Shown: in pieces, positions 34,507 through 48,880 of the stretch
How the letters are laid out: each line of letters starts with the position of its first letter
How positions within the stretch are numbered: the stretch's first letter is position 1
From: Octopus sinensis
Taxonomy: Eukaryota
Assembly: GCF_006345805.1 (NCBI RefSeq)
Contig: NC_043009.1
Location: forward strand, 56,420,001-56,484,000
DNA length: 64,000 bases
Reading direction: 5' to 3'
The notes under the pieces: model-generated
What the model was told of the DNA's origin: nothing
What the model saw: the letters and a program-made list of their open reading frames with translations, nothing else
The model's database searches: none
Translations under genes and position numbers: made by a program

Positions 34507-37500
34507 CTGAAAATAGAAAATGAAAACAAAATAAAAAGTGAATAACTTCAAAGGCTACAGTTCTTGATTTTCAGATCCTCTTAAAGAAACTAAAAATAAA
34601 GGTATGAAGAAAACTGAACAACCTTTCTGTGACTTGAAGGTACATCCTGACACACCTTCACTGCCATCTTCCTTCCCTTCTAACAGGGGTAACCATGTAT
34701 CTCCCCTACCACAAGACATCTGTTCCTGCCCCCCTATTATAACTGCAACCTCTCATCACCTGGCATAAAATCACCTCCCTCAATACAACTTACCTATCTC
34801 AGTTGAAAGGTCTTGTCTTGCAGGTTACTTGGTAATGTCACTAGTGTTGGCATTGTGTAAAAAATACCCAGTCTATAAGGTTGTTGGTGTAAGGACAAAT
34901 ATCCAGCCATAGAAACCATGCAAAAGTAGACATTGGAGCTTGATGCAATCCTATGGGCATTCAACTTCTCTTGAACTGGCCAACAAATGTTAGCAGAGAA
35001 AGCAGATGTTAACTGATGATGATGATGATGCATATTGTTATTGCTAAAATGCATTAAGCATCCATTATCATTATTGTCTTGATGTACCCTTTTCCATACT
35101 TGTATGGGTCAGATGGAATTTGATGAGGAAGATTTTCTATGGCTAGATGCCCTTTATATTGTCAACCCTCACTTGTTTCCAAACAGTTCCCCCTTAATTG
35201 GACATGTTTTCATGGAAGGCTGGGAATGAGACTGCCTGATGGCAGTGACACTTGTTCATGACTACTTCTTGACACCAAAACAAGGAGACACACAAACACA
35301 CATATGTCATTTCACTAAGCCCTTCACTCCTTAACAAGCATAGGCCATTGACGACTTTTCTCCACTAGTCTTCACTCAGGATGATCTTTTAGGATATCCT
35401 CTCTTCCTTGAGGGAAGGCCTTCCTCTCCCACATCTTGAATTGTCATCGATGTTTCTGTAACTTTATTTTTTCTAGGTAGAGATATTGGCCTTATGCAAG
35501 CACATATTTTTACCTTCTAACCTTTGACCTGTCCAGCTGGACAGGTCAAAGGTTAGAAGCTAGGCTAATATGGACCACCTCTTACCAAAGGTAAAAATAT
35601 GTGCTTGCATAAGGCCAATATCTCTACCTAGAAAAAATAAAGTTACAGAAACATCGATGACAATTCAAGATGTAGGAGAGGAAGGCCTTCCCTCAAGGAA
35701 GAGAGGATATCCTAAAAGATCATCCTGAGTGAAGACTAGTGGAGAAAAGTCGTCAATGGCCTATGCTTGTTAAGGAGTGAAGGGCTTAATGAAATGACAT
35801 ATGTGTGTTTGTGTGTCTCCTTGTTTTGGTGTCATGCAGTAGTCATGAACAAGTGTCACTGCCATCAGGCAGTCTCATTCCCAGCCTTCCATGAAAACAT
35901 GTCCAGTTAAGGGGGAAATATTACCTTGTTTGGAAACAAGTGAGGGTTGACAATATAAAGGGCATCTAGCCATAGAAAATCTTCCTCATCAGCTTGTAGT
36001 GGATATGTATATGTGTGTATATTGTATGTATGTATACGATGGGCTTTTTTCAGTTTCCATCAACCAAACCTACTCAGAAGGTGTGTTTGGCAAGGGCAGT
36101 AGTAGAAGATATTTACCCAGGGTACCACACAATGGGACTGAAGTCGAAATCATTCTAGTTGGGAAACATGATACTAAGGCTTCTACTACAACTATCCAAA
36201 GATAATTCCCTCAAAGTACAACTGATCCCAGATAATCCCACACCACCACTGGAGAATTTCCTCAGTTAAGTAGTATATGTACTGGCCTGTTTGCTATTCA
36301 GTCCATTTCAATATGTCTGGAAGTTTAAAAATTACTGCAGCAGAGGAAGACAAGATCGTATGTCCAGGATTACTGAGATATTTAGTAATACTTCTTCATT
36401 AAGAACATCTGTTTCCTCACCTGTCTCTGATAGTAATTTTTGTCTTATTATATAGATTCTTGTGCATCAAACCAACTCACACATTCTCTTTATTTGATAT
36501 CCTTGTTACCTGAACCTACTTCTTTTATTAAGTTTGGATAAATTTACACTACTATCACATTAAATTATTATTGGTCAACTTTTTGCTTACCAACTTTGGT
36601 ACTTGATAAAATTTCTACCATTCTTTGATCTAATTACTTCCATTAATTTTGCATTTCCTGGCCCTAACACCTTACTTTATATATATATATATATTTACAT
36701 AATATCGAGGTCTCTTTCATTCTTTTGTTATCTTACCATTTTTATCTATATCTCATGATGATGATGATGATGATGATGAGATATAGATAAAAATGGTAAG
36801 ATAACAAAAGAATGAAAGAGACCTCGATATTATGTAAATATATATATATATATATATATATAGAAAGAAGGTATAAACATACATATATATAAAAAAAGGT
36901 GTAAGAAAAGGAACACAAGAAATGTAATTGTTATTAGTGCTTTCAGAATTACATGTGTTTCAGAAGCCCAGCAAACATCAAATTACATGAGCTTAAAAGC
37001 CCAATTATGTGACATATGCAGCTAGCCCTCCCTTTTCATCAGTATTATTGAAAAAAAAATACAACAATGCCAATAATGCTAATGAAGAGGGCCAGCTGCA
37101 CTTGGTGCATAATTGGGCCTTTAAGCTCACATATTCCATTTTCTATATATGGCATACAGACTATACACACTAGCCAATCTAGCGTTATGAAGGTTTTCAA
37201 GCCACAATGAGTATAGGAGTAAAATGTAGAACAGATCTACTATATCCAAATATTTTGGCAATGTGTTGTGCTTTCTGGTGCTGGACTTCATTAATCCTTT
37301 CTCGATTTTCTACCATATATATATGGTATATATAGATATATATGTGGTCTAGTGGCTAGAGTGTTACACTCACAACTGCAAGATCATGGTTTCAATTCTA
37401 AGACTTGGTACTGCATTGGGTTCTTGAGCAAAACACTTCATTCCATATTGCCCTACAATCACTTGGATATCCGACATGTGGCAGGCCATGCACCTGTACA

Positions 37501-40500
37501 GGTAATGTTGATTTGATCACTATAAGCAAATACCTATACACACACACGATTATCATTTTTATGTACACATATGATTATCATCTTTGTGTTAAGTTTTCCA
37601 TGGTATGGGTTATGATGGGGCTTCTCCAACATATATGGCATACAGTCTATAATACACACTAGCCAACCACTTGTCAACTTCTTCATGAGGTTTAGTATTT
37701 TGAGATCAGCATTTGCTACTTTTCCCAACCATTGCTTTTCTACTTGGATCACTTGGACCTTCTTTACCCAGCTGTTGCCCTCCATACACATCCCATACCA
37801 ACTTACTGGATTCCTCTTTTTACTAAGTTTTCCACTCAATCCATCTATACTTCTTTGTTCATGCTTACCAACATTACACACCCAGAGGAGAATGTTTACT
37901 ACATTTCTTTCCAACTTCAACACATCCTCTGCCTTCAATATCACACAGAGATGATCAAACAATCTGAGAGAGAAAGAGAGACCCCTTGCTGCCAGCAGCA
38001 ACTTTTCCTACCACCATTTCCATTGCTGAGAAGGCCACCTAGACAACAGAAACTGTCAAATATTTGCAGGAGGCTTTCCAAGTGTTTGAAAGAATTTATT
38101 TCCTGGGTACTCTTTATTGCTAACTTCTCCAGTGCATCTGCTACATATAAACCCCAGTTTGACTGTGATCCCACTGTATTTCTTGAACAATGTAATTTAC
38201 ATTTGATGTATAGGAAATATCTAATTGTAGTTTATAATGTGGTATAGAAACAGAACAGAACAGTGACGTGTTTATTTATTTATATCTTTGCCACTGAATC
38301 AAGAGCCTGTTCTCTGATATTGTCATGTTATTGTTAGAGAATGAGATTCCTTTTGCTGGCTGAGCAGTGTGACTGTACTTATCACTGGCAATTTTAGTAG
38401 CTGCAGGAGGTCAGGTAGTGCGAGCTTCATTAGTATTTGTGGTGGTGTCTAAATTCAGTTTATTATAATTGTAGACTACTGCTGCTAAATGTTACATTTT
38501 ATGCTTGGTATTTTTTGGCAATGGTACTGGTAGTATCTGACTGCCTTTTGCTTTTAGAGCTGCAGTTGACCACTTGTAACTGGGTCAAATTAGTCACCCG
38601 TACTAAATTTCTGGTGATTTTACATTATTATTTCAAGTTTATTCACATGTTTAGTAATTATATAACAATTTCTAAAATTCTTTTTTAGTTCTTGCCTTGT
38701 AAGAGTAACGTAAATTCAATAGCAATTTCATATAACTATGGTTAAACTTTTAGAATCATAAGGGCATTAAGAAAAAGCAACCTGAAATTACAGGTGTAAT
38801 TATAGGTTGCAAACTGAGGGAATATTTTTTTGTTGCAATATAACAAAATCACACAAGGGCTTGGAGAGAAACACATAACTGTGGACCATCTGGGGAATAA
38901 AAGAAGAGTAATGAAGTACAGAGGTACAAAGAACAAATCTGAAGCATTATGCAGTATACCTGTCTCTCCTGCATGACTACTTCATTTATCTGACGCAATT
39001 TTAAAGCAAATCTATCAGAGCATTGCAGGTAATGGCACTAACGATGCATTTAATGCCCAAGCTTTGCTATTATGCAATATCTAACTTAGCATAAAATATT
39101 ACACAATTTGCCTGCTACTAAGAGAGGGTGGGAGAGAGAGTTCCTTTCTTATCAGCAAAGTGCTTTCCACCCCTACCAATTTTTCAACCTTTCTTACTTT
39201 GTCTGTTTTCACCACTGATTAAGTCATTAAGGTAACAGAAGTTGTCAACACCTTCTAGAAAGTTTTTCTAAGAATTTAAAAGATTTTATTTCCAAGGTAC
39301 TCTTATTGCTAACTGCCCCTGTGCATCTGTCACATGCAAATTTCTCCATGTCAGTTTGCCTATAATCCCATTGTATCTCTTCTTTCCTTGATGGTTGTAG
39401 AATTTCATATATTAGGTTTTCATTCATTGATTTCAGGTACTTTTTCCATGTTTGGAATTATTTCTCTAATTCTTCAACTGATTCAGGTGTAAGAAAAAGG
39501 TTGTCCATTGGTATACAAGAGTTTGTATGGGCATGGCCAATCTTAAACTCTATTATAGCACAGAGTACTAGAAACAAGAGAGGACTGAAAACAGAGCCTT
39601 GGTGGACATTCCCCAAAAGCCTTACTAAACTCATTGCTAATTTCCTCTTGCTGACAACACCCCTTTACATGGCTTACACAGCTCTCACAAGTCATTCATC
39701 AATACCCAGTTTTTTCAATGATTACAAAGCTACAGAGTATGTTACCCAGTCAAAAGCTTCTGAAAGTCAACAAATGCTAGTATAGCATAGTATATGTTTG
39801 TTCCTTTTCGAGCCATGCCTGGTCATAAGGACTGGTTTCCCGGTTTCCTTGGCGTATAGGTTCCCCACCTGGATAGGACACTGGTCTGACGCAGGTAAGA
39901 TGCAAGATGCAGGAGGAAAGAGTGAGATAAAGTTGTGGCGAAAGAGTGAGCAGAAGTTCGCCATTACCTTCTGCCGGAGCCACGTTGAGCTTAGATGTTT
40001 CGCTCATAAACACACACATCGCCTGGTCTGAGATTTGAACCCACGATCCCTCGACCGCGAGTCCGCTGCTCTAACCACTAGGCCATGTGCCTCCACAGTA
40101 TAGTATATATGCTCACGTGGTCACCCCAGTTTTATCCTGCCTCAACTTCTAACTCTTTGGACTTGCATGTCTTAACCACTTCCCAAATTTTCTGCACCTC
40201 TCCTCATCTACATACCAGCACTGGATATACTGACTCTACTTTCATGGATTTCAGTGGATTTTTTCGTTAGTATAGTGGCTTGTTGTTAGCTAAGAATTTA
40301 TGTAGTTGTCTCATTAGGAGAAAACCAACAATGGTACCATGTCACAATACAAGCCAAAATGGCTTCTCATTAGCTCTGCTATATCTATTTCTGTTATCTT
40401 AATAAATTGGTCTGACAGTTTAATGACTCTGTCGTTACATCTTTGTGTTCTGAGTTCAAATCCTGCCATGGCTTGCCTTGGGTGGTAAACTTAATCCATC

Positions 40501-41454
40501 ACCTGGTTTAACACCACCACCCAGCACTTTGGGTATCCTTACTGGAGTGTGCTCTGTTGCAGGCATTCAGAGTAGGTCTATGATTTGAGAACACCTTGTA
40601 CTTTCTCCCTCTTACTAGTTTTGAAGGTTCTACAAATAGTCATGGGCATTGCCATTCTTTCATGATGAATATATAAAAAAAAACAACAAAAAACTAAAAC
40701 AACAAATATATTTTTAACCTGTTTGTTGTTGTCTTTTAATGTTCTCTCTCATTCTTGTTGAATTTGGTTTGTTTTGGGGCATGTTTTGTTAACATACCAT
40801 TACTCTTTCTTTAATAATTCCTTCTTACATTTTATTTTTTATGTTGTCTATATTAGCTGTCACTATGGTAATTGAAAAGCAGGACAATTAGACAAACACG
40901 GGCATCACATTTATGTCTTGTATATTTGGAAAGAAACATTATATCACAATAAAATCAACTAATTATGAACTGAACGACAAAAATGGGAAACAGAAACTAA
41001 ATTAAAACAGAACATAAATGAAAGATTCAAAACACACATATATGTCTTAGGAGATGGGGGAGCACTTTTGGAAGTGAAAGTATTGAGGAATTACTCTTGG
41101 AGTCTATGAAAAGGTGAGCGCGAATGCAGATCCCACATATAGAAATAGTGCATCTGCATTGCCTACATTTGAGGTGATCACAAAGGTTAACTCAACCGGA
41201 TTGCAATGGAAAGGCCTCACTTTGGGAGGATCACCTTGATGATCATGATTAACCCTTGTGCCAGGTAAGTACATTTTTTGTATTCCCTCATTCTTTTATT
41301 TGTTCCAGTCATTTGACTGTGGCCATACTGGAGCATTGCCTTTAGTTGAAGAAATCGACCCTAGGATTTATTCTTCATAAGCCTAGTACTAATTCAGTCG
41401 GTCTCTTTTGCTGAACCCTAAGTTATGGGGACATAAACACAGACACACAAATAC

Positions 41455-41485
<31 letters not shown>

Positions 41486-44400
41486 CGTCTTCCAAATCCA
41501 CTCACAAGGCTTTGGTTGGCCCGAGGCTATAGTAGAAGACACTTGCTCACGGTGCCATGGAGCGGGACTGAACATGGAACTATGTGGTTGGGAAGCAAGC
41601 TTCTTACCACATGACAATTACCGCAGAAGCAATTCTGTTCATTTCTAGTCTGCCATGAAAGAAAATGTCTGGCCACTGGAAATATCTTGCTTGGAAACAA
41701 GTTAGGGTTGGTGAAAAGTAAGGCACCTGGCCATAGAAAATCTGCCTCAACAAATTTTGTCTAACCAATGCAGGTAGAGAAAACTGGATTTTGAACAAGG
41801 ATTGTGAGAAGAGAGAGGGAAAGAGAGAGAGAGAGGGAAAGAGAGAGAGAGAGAGAGAGAGTGTGTGTGTGCGTGCATGCATTGTTTTTTTTTTTTAAAT
41901 TCAGTAAATTAACCCAAACAGATGACGGAGAAAGTAAGATAAAAAAAAATGTTAGGATGGTTGAAACAGTTTCTCCGCATTGAAAAATAAAGTGCATTCC
42001 GTTGCAATTACCACTGTGACATTTTATTAGAGAAAGTGAAATGGACAGCTACTCGACCTGTATATGAATTAATACAGATACTTTGATAGTATTTTGTTGT
42101 ATAAAATTTCACTAGGTTCCAAAGATACACAAGAATAAAGTGCAAGTTTGTAGTTTTGTTTTGATTTTTACACCTGTTTTTCCATGCTAGCATCACATAC
42201 ACACACGACAATGTATCACCATAATCATCATTAGTTTAATGTCCACTTTTCTATGGTCACATGGGTTGGATGGTATTTTGTTGAGGTGGATTTTCTACAA
42301 CCGGATGCCCTTCCTGTTGCCAACATTCACCAACCAGGCAAAGCAAATATTTCCTCATGACCAGACACAGAAGACGGGAAATGAAGGACATGGCTTCACT
42401 GACAGTGACACTCATTTACAACTGTTATACACTGTCAAAGCAAGGAGATAGTATCACACACACCCAGATATGTCTCTGAAAACAATAACCCTCTGCTTGA
42501 ATGGGCTACAGTTCCCCAGAGTTGACCATGTATCTCTTCCAGGTGGTGCTATTTAATTAGACATGGCTTGAGTCAACTTCGGCCGAAACTTATCTTAGTA
42601 ATCTAATCTATGCTGTAACCTTTTAATCAAAGCATGACAACGTGGGTAGAGGCTGATATCTTAACATTTCTGATGGTCTTAAGTATAAAAAAATTATTAA
42701 AGATTTATATAGAACTACATTCAGAGTAAGTCTATAAGTTATTGTGTTTAGACCTGGTTTCTATCCTCAAACTGTTCCGTTTTTTTGATGGTGATTGTGG
42801 TGAAAGCAGAGACAGTGTTGATGATGACGATGGTCAAGATAAGTATAGGAGGAGGGAAAAAATAGTATTGGTGGTTATAATGGTGACAGGAGTAGTGTGC
42901 TGTGAGGTGGAAATGAGGTGCTTGGCGGAGGTCTGCGCTCTCCGAGTGCTTTTCTAGTATTGTATTGTGGTTGTTTCCTTTGAGAATTTATAGAAAGCTT
43001 TGGGATTTATTTTTTTTTGCTTTCCACAACTCTCTCTGCTCTTTCCCTTTTGTGAAAGAGTTTGAGCTTGTTTTCGATTCCTCAGAATGTCCATATTAAG
43101 ATAGACTTCTACATGCTGATACATATATATGGTGTTTTACGTGCCATCTGCACAGGAGCCAGTCCGATGGCACTGGCAACGACCACACTTGAATGTGGTT
43201 TTTCATGTGCTACTGGCACGGGAGCCAGTCAGTGGCCCTGGCAACGATCATGCTCGGATGGAGCTTTTAATGTTCCACTGGCGTCAATCAGGTGGTACTG
43301 TCATTGGCCACGTCAGCGATTTTGATTTCATTTGTCTCAACAGGTCTTTGCAAGCAAAGTTTATTGTCCAATGAATGAAGGATACTCATATGTGGGCTGG
43401 TGTGGTGGTGGGTGTTACTGTTCCATTCGCGTTTTCTATTGAGGCTTGCTCTGTCTACTGCTACGTGTGTAGCCTCTGTGATCTGTCTAAGTGCCGTGTC
43501 AGTTCTATGTCCTGTCTGAGCATGTTGGAAGGGCACTGATGAGCTTTTCCCTTCTTTGAGCTCTCGCCAATGTTCACTTATGCACTCTCCTATGCTGCAT
43601 GCAGTCTCTCCAACGTAGGTAGCTGTCATGTTTCTGCACCGACCCTCAGTACATCATAAGCTACACACTACATTCCTAACCTTACAGCTAACTCGTGGGT
43701 TCATCCTACATACAACACAATTGTACTCTGTACAAGGAGACTTATCAAAGGGATAGGTATTACAGATCAGGGATTTTAATGGGGCACCATGCTTCTCTAC
43801 TACTTTAATTCGTAGATTAGCCTTACTTAATGTTTTCTAAAAAGGTGTGCTAGTTCACTACCAGGGGTAGCATCGACGAACGTAACACTGGTATTTTTTG
43901 TTGCCATACCAAGTGTTAGCCTTATTTATCTTATTACTGGTCCTTTCTGTGCTGTTCCATGATTTACTCAAGTACAGTGAGCAGATCCCTTTAGCATCAC
44001 TCTCTATAATGGCTTTGTACTCAGTCTTGGCTCCTTTGTACACTCTAGTCCAGTCCCTCTGTTTGTAATCAGAGAACTGCATGTGGTGGATGAAGTGTTG
44101 TACGTCTTTCAAATTCCATAGGGTTGCACACGCGAGACATATTCCTCATCACAGTCACCAAGTCAGTTTTAAAAATATTGAAGTTAGCGTTGTCCACAAT
44201 TGCTGTGTTCTTGTGAACAAGGTACTTAGGGCCAGGGGTTAGGCATAATGAGAGTGAAGGATCTGGACCTTACAATTCTTTGTTTCTAGCCAGAGTTCAG
44301 TGTCTAAAATGGGTAATCTACAGTTAGGGTGCTTACTAGGGTAGTCTATTATTATTTCTATACTCTGGTGAAAGGAGCTAGCTATTTGCTGGATGCTCTC

Positions 44401-47400
44401 CAGAGTGTTAGCTTCTAGATCATTAACATTGTCTTGTAGGGGTGCTTTGGCCACTATGTTGATAATATCCACATAGCAGGAGTACATGGCTAGGTTTATG
44501 GAGTTCTCTGCAAATTTCTCTGTAAGTCTCCTGTCCCACCATACCATAAATAGGTTAGCCACATTGCCAGCGATACTGACACCGATGGCTGCAGCATCCT
44601 CCTTTGTTATTAAACTTAAATATATGGCCCTTGAGTGTGGTCTTGGTACTCGCACCCACTGTATGTGCGACCATATTTTTAACCTGATCGTTATTTCTGG
44701 TCCACTTGTTCCATCTCTCTTTAGGGGTCTTTCTTGGCCATAGAAGTTATAATGGGGAGTCTACCTCTTATCGATATAGAGGATCAGAAACAACTGTCAC
44801 GTTTATCTACGTAATCATTGTTGCATGTCAGTGTCAGGAGATATATAAATGTGTATATATATATATATATACCTTTTGTACAATCTACCTTTCACATTGA
44901 GCAAGAGGCCTTTTGTCACCAGTAGGGGTAGGAGCTTTCTGAACTTTGCCCAGGCTATTCTTATTCTAGTGGTAACAATCTCTAAGCATCCACCCCCACT
45001 ACAGACTTGGTCACCTAGGTAGCAATAAATAAACAGTTACCACGGTAGCAAAAATTCACACAAGTAACAAGGATGTAACAACCTATTTATAAAAGTACAA
45101 ACTCCAGGTTAGAGTGAAATATCTTGTACAATATAGATAAATAAATAAATGGAGCTAAATGTAGGTGTTATTCAAATTCTTTTACTTTCAACATATGTTT
45201 TGAAGACAACATTGGTATTATTCCAGAAGGAATAAAATGGTATAAAACAATGCAATCTTTTCGTCAGGGAAAAAATATATATGTGTATATATATATACAG
45301 CCTGCGTTTTTGTTGTTTTGTGGTGCGCAATTCTATCTCATTATCAGAATCACTATTCTTTCACTCCGGCAGTGGCAATGTTAAACATATTCATTCAATT
45401 ATGTTATCCCAAATCCCAAAACTCCATCTCCTTGTGTTCTGTCTTTGACCAACCTCTGGTCTCTCTCTCTCTGTTTTGTTAACCACTTGCTTCTCACAAT
45501 ACTTAATCTCTGCTCTCCACCACCCCACCCTATATTAACTAGCTAATTTAGATTCCCCTACCTCATATTTTAATACCTCACCGCATGGAGTAGAAACCAG
45601 AAGATGTTCAGATAAGCAGCCTTGTTTTCCAGCCTAGCACACATCTAAAACCTCTCTCTCAGTGCAAATTCTTATGATTACTTTATTATTTCATTTCATT
45701 ATCTATCAATGTAAACACAGTTTTGTCTTCCACACCGTATATGTTTAGAGAAAAAAACTTAAGATCCCTTCACTCAATCCAGCTCTCCCTCCTTCTCCTC
45801 TTTCACACTCATTTATTACTGTCATTTATTCATTCATTTATCTAATTCTGTCACAGTTTGGCTGACTGAAAACTGTTGGTTATAGTGCTAGTTAAGAACT
45901 CAAATGCCCAATTCTATCTCATTATTATCATTAATATTCTCTCACACCGGCAGTCTGTGTTTCTGCTGTTTTGTGGTCCAACCAGTCGCCATGATTGACT
46001 GCTAATTCCAAAAGTTTTTTTTATTCTTTCTCTGTCTATTTCCTCATGTTCCTTTCTGTTGAAGAGCATAGGCTCGAAATGTAAATGACTTTCTTACCTT
46101 CCCAAGCATCAAACTAATATACCTGCTTGTTGTTTATACCCCTGTCTTTGTCATTTGTTTTTCTGTAAATTTCATCTATAGGCGCAGGAGTGGCTGTGAG
46201 GTAAGTAGCTTGCCTACCAACCCATGGTTCCGGGTTCAGTCCCACTGCGTGGCATCTTCGGCAAGTGTTTTCTGCTATAGCCCCGGGCTGACAAATGCCT
46301 TGTGAGTGGAATTGGTAGACGGAAACTGAAAGAAGCCTGTCGTATATATGTATATATATATATGCGTGTGTGTGTTTGTCCCCCTAGCATTGCTTGACAA
46401 CCGATGCTGGTGTGTTTATGTCCCCGTAACTTAGCGGTTCGGCAAAAGTACTGGGCTTACAAAAGAATAAGTCCCAGGGTTGATTTGCTTGACTAAAGGT
46501 GGTGCTCCAGCATGGCCGCAGTCAAATGACTGAAACAAGTAAAAGAGTAAAAAGAGTAAAGAGTATATATATATATATATATAAAAATCTTTATTTATCT
46601 TTTATTGGTTTCGGCCCAGGGCTGAGGTCATGCTGGTGCACCACCATAGTCATTTGGTGTTGTTTCTGGTATTGTTTTTGGTAAAGTAGTGAGTTGGAAG
46701 GAGCTGCTCTTCTTTGCGTCTCCTGCTGCAATGTGGATTTCTCTGGTATCTTAGATAGAAACCTGTCCAGACGTTCCTTGAAAACTTCCACATCAACAAC
46801 TTGTAGATCTCTAAGGTTGCCTGGCAGGATGTTGAACAATTCCGGGCCCTTGAAACCCAAACTATTGCAGTACTGTGTCCTTATTTTAGATGGGGAAGAC
46901 AGGATCTTTGACATGATGCAGTGCTGTCTAGTTCGAAGATTGGTATAGCTGTCAATTCCAAAATTAGGAGCTAAACTCCCCAAGATCTTCTAAATATATA
47001 TCACCACAAATCTCTCTCGTCTTATCTCCAGGGAATAGAGACTCAGCTCCTTTAGCCTCTCCTAGTAGCCCATCTTTTGCATCGAGTTAATCTTTGTGTA
47101 TTGGTGCTGGATTACTTTGAATTTTGCAGTTTGTTTCACATTCTCTGGGGATCATAGTTGGGAGCAGTAGTCCAAGTGGCTGAGAACGGAAGTCATCCGT
47201 AGGAGTAGCAGGGCATCCCTTTTCCTGGTTCTGAATGTCCTCAGAATCCATCCAGCTACTCACCTGCACAGTGTTGCCATCTTGGTAATATGCACATGGG
47301 ATATTGCATCATTGCTCATGTGAACCCCCAGGTCATGCACTGACTTTCTCTCTAGGATCGTGTTACCTTCTGGTCCAGTGTATTTCGATTTTAGCCTGGT

Positions 47401-48842
47401 GTTGGACCGATAGTGGAGTGCCTGAAATTTCATAAGCATTGAACTGCATGTTATTTTTGTTAGTCCATTTGTATATTTCATTTAGATCTTTCTACAGTTT
47501 TATTATGTCCTCTGGGTTCCTAACTGCCTGCGATACTTTTGTGTCATCAGCATAACTGGTCAGATTGGCTGACTTACTGTGGGGGCATGTCTGAGAGGGC
47601 CACCACAAATGGTAGTGACCCCAGTACAGTTCTCTCTGGGACTCTGCTGAGAATTGGTGTCTCTTCAGAGTGAGAACCATTGGCTACAACTGTCTGACTC
47701 CGGCTCTTCAGAAAATCATGCAGCCACTTTCCCAGTTTCCCAGTAATACCAAGGTTTCACAGCCTGTGACATATCATGCCATGATCAACCTTGTTGAAGG
47801 CCTTGGCAAAGTTGAGGTATATCATGTCTACAGCTGACTGGTTTAGCTGTTGTTTCAGTGCCCAGTCAGAGTGTAGCAGCAGCTGGGTGAGGCAGCTCCT
47901 CCCTGGATGAAAGCCATGTTGCGTGTTTGTGAGAAGGTTCTTTTTCTTCTAGGAACATGATCAGCCTTTTTCAGACAATGCGTTCCCTTGTCTTCCTAAC
48001 ATGTGAGGTCAGAGATGGGCCTGTAGTTTTTAGCATCTGCTTTGTTCTCTTCTTTATGGACAGGGCATATCATATCCTCTTTTGCCATGTTGGGAAGTAT
48101 ACCAAATGCAAGGAAACTCTGAAAGAGTATCTGCAGTTTCTTTGCAAGAGCCTTTTTACATGTCTTTACGAGAACGGCCAGGAGTCCAGCTGGACCCATT
48201 GCTGAATTTGATCTCAACTCATCAATGGCCAATATTACATCTTCTTCTGTTATGCTGATGTAATTGATGGTTGCCTCTCTAGATTTGTTACATTGAAAAA
48301 CTCCTCAGGCTTATTTGCATATTTTCCATTGGAGAAGTGAAAACATTTTGGAATTGTTTTAGTGCTTCACTTATCTTCACCAGGTCTGAAGTTAGTGAGC
48401 GGTTTTAACCAAATACTGGGCTTATCTTATAGCGTACTGGGGTAGACTCCTTTGCCAATGTGAAGACGGCTTCAGGATTTCTTCTTATATTTTTGACTGC
48501 CCAGGTTTCTCTTCTCTTTCTTTTTCATGAGAGATTTTGAGTTTATTTTCTATCAAGAAGAGTTCCTCTGTCAGGTGGGATTTCACACTGTCATTGGGGT
48601 GCTTGTTCAAACAATTTTAGATCTTTATTCTCTGTCACATGATTATTCTCCTGCCTCAGGGAATAATGTTTTTGTGTGTATTGGCTCTCTTCTCTGGGAC
48701 ATATTTAACGCATATGCCTCACATTATTTACATGAATTTATTGAGTTTCATATCTATGTCTTGCAGAGAGAGGCTTTTATATGTATGTATTTTTTGTATG
48801 TATGTATGTATATATATACACATATACATCTATACCTACTTG

Positions 48843-48880
<38 letters not shown>

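Noticed and set aside
40020-40096. tRNA-like sequence (also at the heads of the other SINEs)
   Set aside because: A/B boxes run into SINE bodies with no complete acceptor stem, so these are SINE heads
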